A DNA stretch of 64,000 nt from an uncultured Myxococcales bacterium. Lineage in GTDB: Bacteria; Myxococcota; UBA4151. A model generated the notes under the pieces. It had not been told where the DNA came from. It was given only the letters and a program-made list of their open reading frames with translations, and ran no database searches. The stretch covers positions 1-64,000 of the forward strand of contig CAXGWI010000001.1 of assembly GCA_964013405.1 (NCBI GenBank). The letters run 5' to 3'. Shown in pieces: positions 38,627-48,374 of the stretch (its first letter is position 1; the number at the start of each line of letters is the position of its first letter). The position numbers and the translations under genes were made by a program.

Positions 38627-39750
38627 CGGCCACTGCGCTTCTTACGGAAGTACTCGATCTGCCACTTGCGCACTGCCCGGTTATGACAACGCAGCGTGGG
38701 ACAAAACTCATGGGTTCGGTCGTTGCGACTCACGAAATAAAGGTTCCGACTCACATTGGGCGTCACCGCAGCTCGGATCGCCTCTGCCCCAGGTGCCGCA
38801 ATGGGGGTCACCGGCAAGCCATGGTGAACATAAAGGTTCCATGGGTGGGGGTTCAGAATGTCCCGCCGCCGAATATCGCCGCGGTAGTCGACGAGACCAT
38901 AGATGATGGTGGGATCGGTCTGCAGCTTCATTCCGAGGCGCAAACGATTGTGAAAAACAGCGGAGATTTCAGGGCGCTCCGAAGGCGCTGCGGTCTCCTT
39001 CTCGACCACACTGGCAAGCTTCAAGACCGTCGTCTCTTTCCAACCATGGCGCCGCATTCCCTCTTGAATCTCGGGCCGCGCGAGGACCGCCTGGGTCTGG
39101 CGCACCATGATCTCCAACATCTTCCGCTCCGTGGTGCCCTTCGGTAGGTCGTAGCGAGTCGGGAAGAGCCAGCCTTCAAAACGCTCAGCCTGGGGATGGT
39201 TGGCAATCTGAGCCGGCAACTTCGGCAGGCCAAGTCCATCGGCGAACTCGGCGGAACGGGTCGCAGTACGCAAGGTCTTGTAGTCGAAGAGGGGGCTCTC
39301 ACCGAGCTTTTTGCAGATCTCGTCGACCCGCAGCCCTTCGGGAACCGTCACCGGATAGGTGATCACCTTGCCACTGGCTAGATGCTCCAGAAGCTCCAAG
39401 AGTCCCCAACCGCTCTCCACCCGGTACTCGCCCACCTTCACCACAGGCAGTTGGCCGCCGCTGCGTTCATGGAGACGAAGGGCAAGCCAACGCCAGTCGG
39501 CCTCGTTGAGTCGACCAAAGCCCACCCAGGCCCATGGAATCTCGTCGCTGATGCCCTGGCGCTGCAAACGGCGGAGTACCCCGCGGGTACTCATGCCTTT
39601 ATCCACGACAAAGTGATGCTCCTCATCGAGGACGCTGAGCGGTTGTTCCAGCAAGCTCGTGACCTTGCCATGGAGCCAATAAGCGCCAGCCCCTGCGGCC
39701 ATCATGCCGACCACAAGGAGGATGATGAGTCCCTTCAGTAGACCTTTCAT
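38623..39750 (-). CDS. mltG: Endolytic transglycosylase
   Basis: TVPEG, EGWLFP, LASVVEKET, FHNRLRLGMKLQTDPT, GLPVTPIAAPG, LYFVS. Confidence 0.95.
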   Translation of the reverse strand: MKGLLKGLIILLVVGMMAAGAGAYWLHGKVTSLLEQPLSVLDEEHHFVVDKGMSTRGVLRRLQRQGISDEIPWAWVGFGRLNEADWRWLALRLHERSGGQLPVVKVGEYRVESGWGLLELLEHLASGKVITYPVTVPEGLRVDEICKKLGESPLFDYKTLRTATRSAEFADGLGLPKLPAQIANHPQAERFEGWLFPTRYDLPKGTTERKMLEIMVRQTQAVLARPEIQEGMRRHGWKETTVLKLASVVEKETAAPSERPEISAVFHNRLRLGMKLQTDPTIIYGLVDYRGDIRRRDILNPHPWNLYVHHGLPVTPIAAPGAEAIRAAVTPNVSRNLYFVSRNDRTHEFCPTLRCHNRAVRKWQIEYFRKKRSGR

Positions 39751-40145
39751 CGGTTCCGCGTTCGCTCCGGCAGCCAGGGGCCTTGGACAAGGTATCGTTC
39801 TAAAATGAGGCCTGCAGCCCGAGCATCAAGCCCTTTAGATCCCGGTCGCTGCATTGCCTCATCCGTCGTGCCCGACTCATCGACAAATTCTACCGGGAGT
39901 TCAAGCGCAGCCGCCATCGCCCGGGCCTCACGACGTACCTTTTTAGCGGCACCGGCCAGCTTGCCGGCACGCAGCGGCAGGCCATAAACGAGGCTGTCGA
40001 TCTCCAGTTCACGGATCCATCGCCGAAGCGCGGCCTCGAGGCCGGCCGTCTCGACCACCTCAAGGGGCTCGACCATGCCCCCCGGGCCGCACCAGGCGAT
40101 ACCGGTCTTTCGCTCGCCGAGATCCACGGCGAGAAGACGAGTCAA
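39747..40145 (-). CDS. ruvX: YqgF/RuvX family nuclease
   Basis: LLAVDLGERKTGIA, VYGLP, FVDESGTT, LDARAAGLILERYL. Confidence 0.92.
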   Translation of the reverse strand: MTRLLAVDLGERKTGIAWCGPGGMVEPLEVVETAGLEAALRRWIRELEIDSLVYGLPLRAGKLAGAAKKVRREARAMAAALELPVEFVDESGTTDEAMQRPGSKGLDARAAGLILERYLVQGPWLPERTRNR

Positions 40146-42157
40146 TTGGTCACCTCATCACTGGAGGGGTTGGATCGTGTGGGCTCAGCCGGCGCCTCGG
40201 TCTCATCCTCGCTCGGCACCGCCTCCATCTCGACGACCGGTAGATCACGGGCCACCCGAAACCCCACCTCAGGAAGCCGGTCCCGCCGCAACAGCGGCAA
40301 CCGGGTCGTGGCCGTCACCACGGCTCCAGGGTCCTTGTAGGAGCCTCCTCTGACGACCCGTTCCACGGGGCTCCCTCCAGACCAAACCACCCCTTCGACG
40401 GGGGCGTCCTGATAATTGCCATGCCATGGGTCTTGCACCCACTCCGAGAGGTTCCCGATCAGGTCACAGACCCGATATTCGCTGCGCCCTTCATCCCGAC
40501 TACACACCGGCGCACTTTTTCCTTGGCCGCAGCCAGGTCCGAGTTCGTTGACCACCGCTCGCTGGCAATGGGGAACCTCCCCACCCCAGGGATAGAGGGA
40601 CTGACGCCCCGAACTCCGGGCGGCGAACTCCCATTCCGCTTCAGTCGGCAACCGACCACCAGCCCACTTGGCAAAAGCCGTCGCCTGGTACCAATCGAGG
40701 CAGTTAACGGGGAGTTTCTCCTCGGTTTTCCGCTTCCAATTGCAAGCATAGCCACTGTCCGGCTCACTGCAGAGCCCATCTTGAACACAGGCTTTGTACT
40801 GGGTGACGGTGATCTCGGTGCGGCTGATTTGGAAGCCCCTCACACGGACGGTGTGCATCGGCCGCTCAACGGCGGGACCGTAATTTCGACCCATTTGAAA
40901 ATCGCCGCCCTCGTGGGTCACCCAAGCGATTCCCGAGGGGCCCGGCTGAACCCGTGGTAGACCGAGCCCCTCAAGCACCCGTCCCTCCTTCTCGGCAAGG
41001 ATTTGCGCCTGCAAAGCCTGCTCTGCCTGCTTGGGCCGAAGATAGTCGCTCAGATAGGTCTCTTTGATCGTCTTGAGTCGCTCGCGGGTTTTCCGCACCC
41101 ATTGGTTGTCCGTGCCGGTGCGGGTGGCGAAATCGAGGCCTGCACTCCAAGTCCGCATGGCTTTTTTTAGCAAGATCACCGTCTTTTTCGTCAACTCTTC
41201 CCGGTAGAGTTCCTGCTGCAGCGGGGTCAGATCCGAGGGCATCGGAATCCCCTGAATGTGCTGGTACAGATCGTCGTACATCGTGCCCACTTGATGGGCT
41301 GAGGCCGTGGCCCAGCCTCGATGCCGAGCATAGATCCCCTGAACATAATGCTTTTGGGCAGCCAAAAGGTGGTCGCACTTATCGTCGAGGCGGTTGGCCA
41401 TCTCATCGGCCGTCTCCGTTCGCCCCAAATCGACCTGTCGAAAGCGGGCCCGGTCCGCCTCCCCCAGATAGAAGTGGGCCTGACCCAGATAATATTGAAC
41501 CTCTAAGAACTCCTGAGCCTGGCGGGCCCGATAGAGGGAGAGCCCGGCAGCCAACTGAGTCTCGGCCGCAGCCAACTGTCCTTGCATGAAGAGGGAGACA
41601 CCCAGGCTAATATGGGCTGCGATCGTCATCTCCGTCGGCATGGCGAAGTCCTCAAGGAGCTCCCGAAAGATCTCTTCGACGGCGCCATAGTCTCGCTTTT
41701 CTGCCGTACAAACCCCCTTACGAAAGAGGGCATCAACATAATCCTCGGGATCTTCGCTCGGGTCTAAGCCGTCCATGAATTCGGCCAAGCGGGGCAGCGC
41801 CTCTAGGCAGCGTCCTAAATTTTGCAGCGCATCGGCCGAACCGAAGAGAGCAAACGAGCGCTCCAGCGAATCCGGATAGACGGCGAGCACCCGGTTCCAG
41901 GCCCGCAGAGCCTCCTCCCAGCGCCCGCCGGCTGCAGCCAGGCGAGCACGTTCGTCCAGTTCCCGGGCTTCCAGGCCCTGCAACGGATCTGGGGCTTTGT
42001 CCGGCTGGGCAGGCTTCGGCACATGGGCCACGATCACCGTGGGTGCGAAATGCAGCTTAGTGACCTTCTTCTTCGCCACTCGGGCCGGTTCTTTTCCCCG
42101 CTCGGCTGGCGCCGTCGCACAGGCACCGAGGCAACATGCAAGAAAGAGCCTTCTCAT
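40142..42157 (-). CDS. Lipoprotein with TPR repeats fused to a C-terminal FGE-sulfatase (SUMF1-like) domain
   Basis: CLGAC lipobox; TPR helices; FQMG, EITVTQY, PVNCLDW, RLPTEAEWEFAAR, DLIGNLSEW, RGGSY, GFRVAR. Confidence 0.88.
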   Translation of the reverse strand: MRRLFLACCLGACATAPAERGKEPARVAKKKVTKLHFAPTVIVAHVPKPAQPDKAPDPLQGLEARELDERARLAAAGGRWEEALRAWNRVLAVYPDSLERSFALFGSADALQNLGRCLEALPRLAEFMDGLDPSEDPEDYVDALFRKGVCTAEKRDYGAVEEIFRELLEDFAMPTEMTIAAHISLGVSLFMQGQLAAAETQLAAGLSLYRARQAQEFLEVQYYLGQAHFYLGEADRARFRQVDLGRTETADEMANRLDDKCDHLLAAQKHYVQGIYARHRGWATASAHQVGTMYDDLYQHIQGIPMPSDLTPLQQELYREELTKKTVILLKKAMRTWSAGLDFATRTGTDNQWVRKTRERLKTIKETYLSDYLRPKQAEQALQAQILAEKEGRVLEGLGLPRVQPGPSGIAWVTHEGGDFQMGRNYGPAVERPMHTVRVRGFQISRTEITVTQYKACVQDGLCSEPDSGYACNWKRKTEEKLPVNCLDWYQATAFAKWAGGRLPTEAEWEFAARSSGRQSLYPWGGEVPHCQRAVVNELGPGCGQGKSAPVCSRDEGRSEYRVCDLIGNLSEWVQDPWHGNYQDAPVEGVVWSGGSPVERVVRGGSYKDPGAVVTATTRLPLLRRDRLPEVGFRVARDLPVVEMEAVPSEDETEAPAEPTRSNPSSDEVTN

Positions 42158-43221
42158 GGCCCATCAACCTCAACTGCCTCGCCGGCTGGCTGAGCCAAAT
42201 AGGGCAGCAAAAGGGTGAGCTCCTCCAGCGATTTGGGCTCCGATGGCAAGCACGGCACGGTAAAGCGAGGCAGGCCATCGGCCCAAGCTGTCTTTGCGGC
42301 AACGCGCGCCCGTTGCGCTGCTGCCTCCGTCGCTGCCAGGTGGTATTGATCGAGGGCCCAGGCTTCGAGGCCCGTTCCGGCCGCAGCCGCTCGACAGTCC
42401 GCCTCACTGGGTGGTGGCGGCACGAGTCGGTTTACCACCAGTCCGGACAGGGGTAGGTCCCGCTGACTCAACTGATCTCGAAAGGTCTCGAGATCACCCA
42501 ACTGAGCCGTATCGGCTGCACCGACCAGAACAAAACGAGTTTCGGGCCGGTACTGAAGAGCGCGCATGCGCCTACTCCGATCACGCATAAACGCGAGCAC
42601 CTCCTGCATCAACTGAAGGAAGCCGGCAAGCTCTTCGATGGTCGCCTCACCGATGAACTTCGAAAGGACCCGGCGCACCATGCCGCCACCGTGCCGGGCA
42701 GCCCGAGACATCAAACCGCCGCCTCCTCGGAGTAAACGAAGAAACTCGCCATCAAAAACCTTCCCCAGGCGCCTCGGCGCGTCGAGAAACGCCAACGCAT
42801 CGGCCGCCGGTGGTGTATCCACGACAACGAGGTCGTAGTCGGCTTCTTCCACCAGGCCGACGATGACGTCGCTGGCCACATACTCCAGGCTCCCCGGAAA
42901 CTCGCTCACCAAACTGCGGAAATAGCGGTTCCCACGGAGCGCCTCCAACTCCCGTGGCTCGGATTTGCATCGTTCAAGAACCTGGGACCAGGCCTCGCCG
43001 CGATCGATCATGGCCGCGAACAGGCCATCGGCACCGGGAACCGCTTCAGGCCGATGGGGCAGACGGCTTTGACCCAGAGCCTGGGCTAAACGGCGAGCCG
43101 GATCGACGGTAATGAGGGCCACACGCTGGCCGCGGGCTGCCGCCTCCAAAGCGAGGACGGCGCTGGTCGTCGTCTTACCAACACCCCCTGGCCCCAAAAC
43201 GAAGATCAACTCGGCGCTCAT
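42154..43221 (-). CDS. ArsA/Get3-like P-loop ATPase (second of pair)
   Basis: GPGGVGKTT, TVDPARRLAQALG, YDLVVVDTPP..ALAFLDAP. Confidence 0.9.
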   Translation of the reverse strand: MSAELIFVLGPGGVGKTTTSAVLALEAAARGQRVALITVDPARRLAQALGQSRLPHRPEAVPGADGLFAAMIDRGEAWSQVLERCKSEPRELEALRGNRYFRSLVSEFPGSLEYVASDVIVGLVEEADYDLVVVDTPPAADALAFLDAPRRLGKVFDGEFLRLLRGGGGLMSRAARHGGGMVRRVLSKFIGEATIEELAGFLQLMQEVLAFMRDRSRRMRALQYRPETRFVLVGAADTAQLGDLETFRDQLSQRDLPLSGLVVNRLVPPPPSEADCRAAAAGTGLEAWALDQYHLAATEAAAQRARVAAKTAWADGLPRFTVPCLPSEPKSLEELTLLLPYLAQPAGEAVEVDGP

Positions 43222-44111
43222 CGAAGCCCCTCAAGGTTCGAGACGAGTTGATCGACCACATTCCTCGGCTGACTCACCTCATCAAATGCAACCAAGGGCA
43301 GGCCCAAGCGCTTCGCCAGACCACGAACTCGATCCCAGGCCTGAGTCTGCTGTTGCCAAGCAGCCTGCAAGAAGCGGCCAGCGTCATCATCGGCAAACTG
43401 AGGTTCTACCTCTGCTTCCTGGGCCGCGGGCATACGGTTCGCAAAGAGATAGCCCATCGCCATCCCCTCTTTTTGCGCCAAGCGCTCGCCCAATTCGAAA
43501 AGCTCTCGACAGCTCATGGAGCTGGGTAAGGTGACCAGATGGATCGCCGTCCGACCTGGGTCGGTCACCAGTTCCGCAATGTAGCGAGTATCCCGCGAGA
43601 GGGGCCCAGGGGGCACGGTCGAAACGACCTTCGATGCGGCCGTCAAAAGGGTCACCGCATGGCCACTTGCCGGCCCGTCGAGGACGATGTGGTCGAAGTC
43701 GCCGGAGACTTGGTGATAGTAGAGCTTCCCCATTTGGTTGAGTTCCCCGAGCCCAGGGACAAAATCGAGGAAGTGCCTTACCAAAGGGTTACCGAAGACT
43801 AAACGCACCACGGTATCGTACTTGAGGACAATCCGAGCGTATTCTTCTCGGGCGCTCTCACCGGTCATCGAGACGCCCCAAATCCCAGGGACAAGCTCAC
43901 GCAACTCCCGTCCGAGGGGCTGGCATTTCAGCAAGGAACTCACCCCATCGTCGCCGCCGGTCGTCGCGAGGAGGACTTTTTTATGCCCCTGCGAGGCGAG
44001 CGTCCGGGCGAGTGCGACAGCGACGGCGCTCTTACCCACACCTCCCTTTCCGGTCACCACATGGAAGACCGTCTGGGAAAGAGGCGGAGATGTGGCAATG
44101 GGCCGAGTCAT
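43218..44111 (-). CDS. ArsA/Get3-like P-loop ATPase (first of pair)
   Basis: VTGKGGVGKS, PGLGELNQMGK, IVLDGPASGH, LVTLP. Confidence 0.9.
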   Translation of the reverse strand: MTRPIATSPPLSQTVFHVVTGKGGVGKSAVAVALARTLASQGHKKVLLATTGGDDGVSSLLKCQPLGRELRELVPGIWGVSMTGESAREEYARIVLKYDTVVRLVFGNPLVRHFLDFVPGLGELNQMGKLYYHQVSGDFDHIVLDGPASGHAVTLLTAASKVVSTVPPGPLSRDTRYIAELVTDPGRTAIHLVTLPSSMSCRELFELGERLAQKEGMAMGYLFANRMPAAQEAEVEPQFADDDAGRFLQAAWQQQTQAWDRVRGLAKRLGLPLVAFDEVSQPRNVVDQLVSNLEGLR

Positions 44112-44223
44112 GATCGGAGCCCCGATTACCCGCCTTTAGCCCCGTCGTGAAGTGGCGCCTGCCGACAGGCCCTGCTACGAGGGTTTGGGAGGCCGCGTCC
44201 GGGCGCGGCAAGGAGGGCCTATC

Positions 44224-44898
44224 TTGCGGCTGACTTTCGCGCTAACTTTTGCGCTGAGTGCGTGTGGGCCAAGCCTGTCTGGCGAGTTCACGAGCAGCGA
44301 TGGAAAGCGTCAGGCCTTCGACGTCTCGGGCACGGTCGTCGCCTGGGTAGATCAAGTCGACGCAAATCTCGTGAGCCGGGAAACACCGGCCCTCAAGCTC
44401 TTCCTTTCAGGACTCCAGTTTTCTGCCGAAGACGATTTCCTCGCGCACACCGGCTCCGAACTGGCCGATCTGCAACTCCGCTTCGCAACCAGCGACGCGG
44501 TCGGTTTCACGCTGATCGATGCGAACCGCCGAGGCAAAGGCGAGACGGTCGAATTGGCCACCGCCCCGAATGCTGCGACCTGTCCCCAGGTGAATGGTCC
44601 CGTGATCGAAGACCTCGGTTGCCTCCGGGTCGCCCCGCCCCCCTTGGAAGCAGCGACCAACTTTGACGCCATTCGCCCCCTTGGTCGAGGCGCCCAACTC
44701 AAACTAGAGTTAGACGCGGGAGCTCGACAGACGGGCCAAGCGATTTCTGGCCGGATCACCCTCACCATCGAAGCAGTCGAAGGTGACAACGCGGCCGAGG
44801 TTCTCGTCGGCACCGCCGAAGGTGGTTTCTCGGGCACCCTCGTCGGTGAAAGGCTCGCAGAACGAAACATGGCCTTGCTCATGGGGTCGGGCCCATGA
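44224..44898 (+). CDS. Hypothetical lipoprotein (paralog 1)
   Basis: GGAGG RBS, TTG at 44224, LRLTFALTFALSAC lipobox. Confidence 0.7.
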   Translation: MRLTFALTFALSACGPSLSGEFTSSDGKRQAFDVSGTVVAWVDQVDANLVSRETPALKLFLSGLQFSAEDDFLAHTGSELADLQLRFATSDAVGFTLIDANRRGKGETVELATAPNAATCPQVNGPVIEDLGCLRVAPPPLEAATNFDAIRPLGRGAQLKLELDAGARQTGQAISGRITLTIEAVEGDNAAEVLVGTAEGGFSGTLVGERLAERNMALLMGSGP

Positions 44899-45635
44899 GG
44901 CTGACCTGCTGCTTCTTGCTCATCACCGGCTGCGGTGGCGCTGCGGTGGGGGAGATCGAAGCTCTTGAGGGGCAGTTCGAAAACGGCCGCCGGCCTGACT
45001 TTGGCGGTACGATTTTCGCCTGGAAGGACGAAACCTTCTTCAACGCGGGCTACCAAGAACGGGAAACACCCGCCCTCGAAGTTCTCGCCACCCGTAGTCG
45101 CTTTGACCCCAGTCAGGACCTATTGCGATTCGAAGGGGATGCCTTTCTCGATTTGCAAAAGGACTTTCTTTTTGCCGACGCTTTCCGTTTGCGCTTGGCC
45201 GATGCCCAGGCCCTCGACGTCGGAAAGAAATTCCAGGTGGACTCTGAGAGCCCCGACCCAAACTTTCTCTTCGCACTCAAAATGGGCGCTGAACCGATGG
45301 AAGAGGGTGTGGCCAGGGATGACCCCCGGGAGGCCTTCCGACTCCCTGGCCACCTTGAGGCTGGCCTCGAGGTGCTCGACCGCTCAGAACAACAGATCCA
45401 ATTCCGCTTGAACGTGAGCGCTAAGCGCTGTGAAGACTTCGGCGAGGGGCCCGCTTATCTTCCGGGCGAGTTCGTTGTCACCTTCACGGCACCGTTGCTC
45501 GGGGAACGGCTCAGTGAGCACAACGTCAAGGTGCTCTTGGGTCTAAGTACCGTGCCACTACCCGACCCGAACGGATTCAGCTTCCCCGGTTTCACCCAGA
45601 ATTGTAACAACAACCCACGACCGCCAATCGACTGA
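44895..45635 (+). CDS. Hypothetical lipoprotein (paralog 2)
   Basis: MRLTCCFLLITGC lipobox; ATGA overlap; motifs shared with the upstream gene. Confidence 0.72.
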   Translation: MRLTCCFLLITGCGGAAVGEIEALEGQFENGRRPDFGGTIFAWKDETFFNAGYQERETPALEVLATRSRFDPSQDLLRFEGDAFLDLQKDFLFADAFRLRLADAQALDVGKKFQVDSESPDPNFLFALKMGAEPMEEGVARDDPREAFRLPGHLEAGLEVLDRSEQQIQFRLNVSAKRCEDFGEGPAYLPGEFVVTFTAPLLGERLSEHNVKVLLGLSTVPLPDPNGFSFPGFTQNCNNNPRPPID

Positions 45636-45641
45636 GACACT

Positions 45642-48245
45642 GTGAACCTCGATCAACTCCAAGCAGCCTTCGACGCAAACCCGCAAAGTGCTGCCTACCA
45701 TGAACTGGTCACCGGCTATGTGGGTGCCGGCCGTATGGTCGATGCACTCATCGTGGCCCAACAGGCCGTTCAGTTCCGTCCGCAAGACGTTGCTGCCCGG
45801 CGCCTGATGGGCTGGGTCATGCTGACGCAGAACCAAATACGACCCGCGATGCAGGCCTTTGCCGAAGCGCTACAACAGAGTCCGAGCGATTCGGAGAGTC
45901 GCTTTCTCTATAGTCTGTGTCTGGAACGACTCGGCGAAACCGACCAGGCCAAGGTCCAGCTAGGCTATGTGCTCCAGGCCGTGCCGAATCACAGCGGGGC
46001 GACGGAGGCCCTGGCCCGACTCGCAGCGGGAGAAGAGCCCCCCCCTCCCCAAGAAGACAAAACGGTGATGATGAGCCTTGAGGACGTGGTGTCCTCCAAG
46101 ACCTATACGGGCTCCTTCCCCAGCGATGAGCTGGACGAGGTGGCGCTCGATGCCGATGCTGCCGCACCGGAGGAGGCCCAGCCGAGTTCGGCGTCGGCTG
46201 CCCCCATCGAGCCGCAAGCCCCGGTCGAGGGGGAACCAAGCCCAAAGGCCGAAGCGAGCGCTTCCGATGCAAACTCCCCGGCCAATGCGGCGGCCCCGAA
46301 TCAAGGAGCCCAGCCCAGCACCGCCCAGCGAGCGCAACCATCCCCCGCACCGCAACGGCAGGAGGCCCCCCGCCAAGTCCAAGCGGGGCCCCTCCAGGAA
46401 CCCGTGGTCGATGCTTCTCACCAGGGCTCCCCGCTCGTGACCGTGGCCCTGACCATCTTGGTCGCAGCCCTCCTCTTTGGTCTCCACCATTTCTATGGTG
46501 CGTGGGCTCAGGGGGAGAGAGACGTCGCAGCGACCTTTAAAGGGGCAGAGCGGGCCTTTCTTGCTGATGGTGCGCTGCAACTCAAAAAGGCTGCAGCCCT
46601 GGCCCAGAAGGTCCTCGAGGCCAAACCCGAGAATGATCAAGCTCGAGGCCTTGCCGCCCACGCTCTTGCCCGCTTGGAAGTCGAATACGGCTTGCCCGGT
46701 CAACTCCAGCAGGCTGAGGCCTTATTGAAGGCAGGCCAGCTCCCCCTCAAGTCCCTGCACGGGCGGGCAGCGCAAGCCATGGTCCTCCGACAGGCTGGCA
46801 AGCATGCCGAGGCCAAGGCCGCGCTGAACTATACAACCCCTGATGGCCGCAAAATCAGCGTGCCGATGTTCCGCCGGGAACGAGCCCTTATCTTCGCCGA
46901 TCAAGGCCAGAACAAAGCCGCTCTCGATGAGTTAAACAAGGCCTTAGAAAAGGGGGGCACGCGGCGAGACCTACTTCTCGTGATGGCCCACTTTCAACTC
47001 CATCGTGGAACGGCAAACGCAGCGTTCTCCTACGCCACAAGAATGACCTCAAGTGCGGATAGGCTGCACCAAGAGGTCAAACGGTCACAGGCCGCGCTGG
47101 CCACCGCAGATCAAGCGGAAAAGTCGAGTAAAGAAGCCATTCCAGCGCTCAAAGAAGACTTGGCGAAGCTGAAGGCGAAAGTTGATCAGCAAACGGACAA
47201 GAAGCCCACCGAAGACCAAGCTAAAACACTGAAGGCCCTCGCCACCCGCCTCGATGCTCTCGAACGCCTCGACAGGGAGCGCCCCCAACTCCGCGTGCAA
47301 CTCAAAGAAAGCCTCGAAAAATCCAAGCAAGGCATTCCAAAACTAGAGAACGCCCCGGCCCTCCTGCTCCGAGCCGCTAGCCTGTCGATGCGGGAGAACC
47401 CCGCGGTGAAGAAAGCCATGGGAGACCTTGATCGAGCCCTGACCTTAAAGGACTGTGACGATTCAGCGCTGGCCCCGGAATTTGCATGTATCAGTAAGGC
47501 CCACCGACAAAGAGCCCTCGCCATGAAGGCTGCTTTGGCCCAACGAATCGGTGATGAAGAGGCGGCAAAGGCAGCCCGGAAGCAAGGGTCCAGCCCCGAT
47601 GGGATCAGTCTTCTCATCGAGGCCAGGACGGCGATGGACCAAAGACGATTTGACGAGGCTAAGGCCTTCACCGCCAAAGCCTCTGCTGCCGAGCCCCAGT
47701 CGGCCCTTCCTCAACTCCTGCAACTGGACATCGTCACCCGCAGCCCAGAGCCGACTCGGGATGATGCGGCCTTCACCAAGCTGATCAAGGCCTACCCCTC
47801 CCTCAAAGCTCGAGGTCAGCTGATGGCCATCGAACGCAGCAGCCGGGCGAAGGATCTCAGCGATGCGCAAAGTCGCATCCAGGCCTATCAGAAGGATTTC
47901 CCCAGCCAAACCCGCTACGCTCGCTATCTAGAAGGTCGGGCCAACTACTTCTCAGAGCGTTATCCCGAGGCTTTGAAGATCTATGAAGAGGTCCTTGAAC
48001 AGGCCATTGGCCGGGGCGACATGGCTCTCGGTCATCGAATCATGGTCAGCATGATGAGGTGCTACGGCAAGATGCGCCGGGTCGCGCCCATGAAAGCACT
48101 CCTCAAAGACATCTTGGCCGACAACCCGCGACAAGCGGAAGCCTTGTACATCGCTGCGGTGCTCCTCAGAGACCAAAAGGCCGAGAAGACCTTAAACGAA
48201 AACCTCGCGGCCACCCGGTGGAATCTGGCTCTAAAGGCTCGATAG
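45642..48245 (+). CDS. Membrane-anchored TPR protein
   Basis: N-terminal TPRs; Pro/Ala/Gln-rich linker; TM LVTVALTILVAALLFGL; further TPR-like helices with a coiled-coil insert. Confidence 0.8.
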   Translation: MNLDQLQAAFDANPQSAAYHELVTGYVGAGRMVDALIVAQQAVQFRPQDVAARRLMGWVMLTQNQIRPAMQAFAEALQQSPSDSESRFLYSLCLERLGETDQAKVQLGYVLQAVPNHSGATEALARLAAGEEPPPPQEDKTVMMSLEDVVSSKTYTGSFPSDELDEVALDADAAAPEEAQPSSASAAPIEPQAPVEGEPSPKAEASASDANSPANAAAPNQGAQPSTAQRAQPSPAPQRQEAPRQVQAGPLQEPVVDASHQGSPLVTVALTILVAALLFGLHHFYGAWAQGERDVAATFKGAERAFLADGALQLKKAAALAQKVLEAKPENDQARGLAAHALARLEVEYGLPGQLQQAEALLKAGQLPLKSLHGRAAQAMVLRQAGKHAEAKAALNYTTPDGRKISVPMFRRERALIFADQGQNKAALDELNKALEKGGTRRDLLLVMAHFQLHRGTANAAFSYATRMTSSADRLHQEVKRSQAALATADQAEKSSKEAIPALKEDLAKLKAKVDQQTDKKPTEDQAKTLKALATRLDALERLDRERPQLRVQLKESLEKSKQGIPKLENAPALLLRAASLSMRENPAVKKAMGDLDRALTLKDCDDSALAPEFACISKAHRQRALAMKAALAQRIGDEEAAKAARKQGSSPDGISLLIEARTAMDQRRFDEAKAFTAKASAAEPQSALPQLLQLDIVTRSPEPTRDDAAFTKLIKAYPSLKARGQLMAIERSSRAKDLSDAQSRIQAYQKDFPSQTRYARYLEGRANYFSERYPEALKIYEEVLEQAIGRGDMALGHRIMVSMMRCYGKMRRVAPMKALLKDILADNPRQAEALYIAAVLLRDQKAEKTLNENLAATRWNLALKAR

Positions 48246-48305
48246 CTCCCATCTCTCCCCAATTGTCAGACCCCCCCTTTAGGCTTGTCTTGCCAAAGGA
48301 AGATG

Positions 48306-48346
48306 CTGATCAGGCATTCAGCATAGACAGTTGAACATTTATCCAG
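48306..48346. promoter_or_regulatory. Two putative LexA (SOS) boxes upstream of recA
   Basis: ctgatc-aggc-attcag (48306-21) and ttgaac-attt-atccag (48331-46) are 2 and 3 mismatches from CTGAAC-N4-GTTCAG, similar to the Myxococcus LexA site. Confidence 0.5.
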
Positions 48347-48374
48347 TACTTAACCCCTGGAATGGAGAAACCCA

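Noticed and set aside
40142..40920. FGE-type domain as a diversity-generating retroelement target
   Set aside because: No reverse transcriptase or template repeat was seen in the window.
42154..44111. Arsenic resistance operon
   Set aside because: There are no arsR/B/C/D genes, and the motifs fit the Get3-like tandem pair.
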